A DNA stretch of 64,000 bases from contig CALUWM010000003.1 of assembly GCA_944324485.1 (NCBI GenBank), positions 3,612-67,611 of the forward strand. The letters are read 5' to 3'. Shown piece by piece: positions 62,594-64,000 of this stretch (position 1 is its first letter; each line of letters opens with the position of its first letter). The stretch is from Candidatus Gastranaerophilales bacterium. Its GTDB lineage: Bacteria > Cyanobacteriota > Vampirovibrionia > Gastranaerophilales > Gastranaerophilaceae. The position numbers were made by a program, and so were the translations under genes. The notes beneath the pieces were generated by a model. It worked only from the letters and a program-made list of their open reading frames with translations, did not search any database and was not told where the DNA came from.

Positions 62594-63478
62594 ATGAAGA
62601 AAATTTTAATTACAGGAGTTGCCGGTTTTTTAGGAGTCAATTTAGCTCTTAAACTTCTTGAAAATGAAGATAATATCGTATTTGGAATTGACAATTTTGC
62701 CTCTTCTTCAATTTCAAATATGTACAGAATATTAAAAAATGATAGATTTAACTTTTTGCAACAAAATTTAGATGAAGGAATCAATATAAATGTTGATGAA
62801 ATCTATCATTTGGCAGGATTTGGTGATTTAAAAGCTTTTTCTGAAAAAAAATGTGAAATCAGTCTCCAATATATTAAAAATATCAACTCTATACTTGAAT
62901 ACACAAAATTTTCCGGTGCAAAATTGCTTTGTGTTTCAGATTATTGTGATTATACTGATATAAATAACAAAAATAAGCTCTATTTAGAAATGCAAAAATA
63001 CATAAATGAACTTATTTTAGAATATAGTTTAGATTACAAAATTGACGCAAAAATCGCACAAGTTGATAAAATTTATGGTCCAAATGTATTGCTATCGGAT
63101 AATCGTTTTGTACCAAGCACTATTATTAAAGCATTTAATAATGAAACGATTGTTCTTGACTGCGATAAAAGTTTTTATTATACATATAGCGAAGATGCCG
63201 TATTAGGTTTTATTAAAATAATGGAAAATTATTTGGATAACAAAGTAATTGACGTGTCATCTCCTAACTTATCTTATAATTCAGATATTGCAAAGCTTAT
63301 TGTTAATTTTACTAAATCTAAATCAAAAATTATAATTGAAGACAATGTACAAAAATACCCACCATACACTCCCAATGTTGATATCTTAAACTCTAGCCTT
63401 AATTTTAGATGCAAAACTCCAATATTAGAAGGTATCTCTAAAACAATAGACTATATAAAATTAATGTTTTTTACATAA
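62594..63478 (+). CDS. extended SDR, NAD-dependent epimerase/dehydratase family (UXS-like, divergent)
   Basis: ILITGVAGFLG, GIDNF, VDEIYHLAG and KIYGPN align by eye to UDP-glucuronate decarboxylase-type SDRs. The catalytic region is atypical. Confidence 0.7.
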   Translation: MKKILITGVAGFLGVNLALKLLENEDNIVFGIDNFASSSISNMYRILKNDRFNFLQQNLDEGININVDEIYHLAGFGDLKAFSEKKCEISLQYIKNINSILEYTKFSGAKLLCVSDYCDYTDINNKNKLYLEMQKYINELILEYSLDYKIDAKIAQVDKIYGPNVLLSDNRFVPSTIIKAFNNETIVLDCDKSFYYTYSEDAVLGFIKIMENYLDNKVIDVSSPNLSYNSDIAKLIVNFTKSKSKIIIEDNVQKYPPYTPNVDILNSSLNFRCKTPILEGISKTIDYIKLMFFT

Positions 63479-63507
63479 AAAAAGCTCCCTATAAAGGGAG
63501 ATTTCTA
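63477..63507. terminator. hairpin terminator (better U-tract on the minus strand)
   Basis: AAAAAAA-G-CTCCCT-ATAA-AGGGAG-ATTTCT. Confidence 0.55.
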
Positions 63508-63858
63508 CTTGGTACATAGAAAGGAAGGAAAGGTTAGGAAAAATGTAGGTGTGTGTAAATATGGTTTTCGAGCATAACAGACATATCAATATATCAAAGA
63601 TATATAATATTTATATACCATATTTAATAAAATTCTAACTTTAATCCAAAACATTAAATTCAATTTTACAAATCTTAATGTTAAAAATAACACTTAATTC
63701 AACAATAGTCTTAAAAAGAACCAATTTACAGTACTAATAAAAATGGTATAAAATACACTATAAAAATCGCCTAAAAATACTGTCAAATCGGCACTTGAGA
63801 CATATTTACATTCATGATAAAATATAAATAGAGCATACTATATACAGGCATTAAAAAA

Positions 63859-64000
63859 ATGTTAAATTCGGAAGTTAATGATTACTATCGAAGTTATTTC
63901 GGATCTTATTTTGCTGACTATTTAAAAGATAAAGAACAGCAAGATAGCAGGCTAAATCTTATTTTATTTATATTTATAATAAGTATTTTTTTAGCCAGCA
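63859..64000 (+). CDS. hypothetical protein, N-terminal fragment (runs off the window)
   Basis: My own translation is MLNSEVNDYYRSYFGSYFADYLKDKEQQDSRLNLILFIFIISIFLAS, with no stop before the window end. A TM segment starts at about residue 34. Confidence 0.35.
   Translation, partial: MLNSEVNDYYRSYFGSYFADYLKDKEQQDSRLNLILFIFIISIFLAS

Overview
AT-rich (about 30% G+C by eye), tightly packed bacterial chromosome segment with about 60 protein-coding genes. I saw no rRNA, tRNA, CRISPR array, transposase or integrase. The left edge (1-1972) is the end of a prophage or tail-like element: tail-fibre C-terminus, DUF1353 protein, small TM/coiled-coil protein and M15 endolysin, closed by a clean terminator and a 25-bp palindrome. 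Next comes a polyprenyl-phosphate-mannose synthase plus GT-C membrane glycosyltransferase pair. The rest is mostly housekeeping in short operons. Translation and RNA: valS, infB-rbfA-truB, gltX, leuS, prfA, rpmE, lepA, mnmE. Metabolism: gpmI, nadB-nadC, hom-thrC, deoB, thyX, thiE (long form), adhE-rex. Envelope and replication: lgt, ligA, murA, yidC. Interspersed are envelope and signalling genes: a TolC-like protein, a PilZ protein, TPR proteins, OppBC-type permeases, MgtC, an ECF sigma factor, a NarL-type response regulator, a rhodanese and a SWIM-SNF2 helicase. Gene content (outer-membrane proteins, long-form ThiE, AdhE/Rex fermentation) fits an AT-rich diderm anaerobe, possibly a non-photosynthetic cyanobacterial relative. 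That lineage call is a low-confidence inference and needs a database search. I do not see an unambiguous new multi-gene system. The best candidate is the operon at 61.3-63.5 kb: a small membrane protein, an ATPase-less TOPRIM (OLD/RloB-like) protein and a divergent SDR. Secondary items are a possible gtr-like lysogenic-conversion module beside the prophage end, a two-gene envelope module, a 90-bp convergent CDS overlap at an ECF sigma locus, a YidC with a large periplasmic insertion, a GT11-like protein with a lost catalytic motif, and two ORF-free regions whose terminators hint at small RNAs. All family assignments come from motifs I recognised by eye in the supplied translations. None has been checked by a search.
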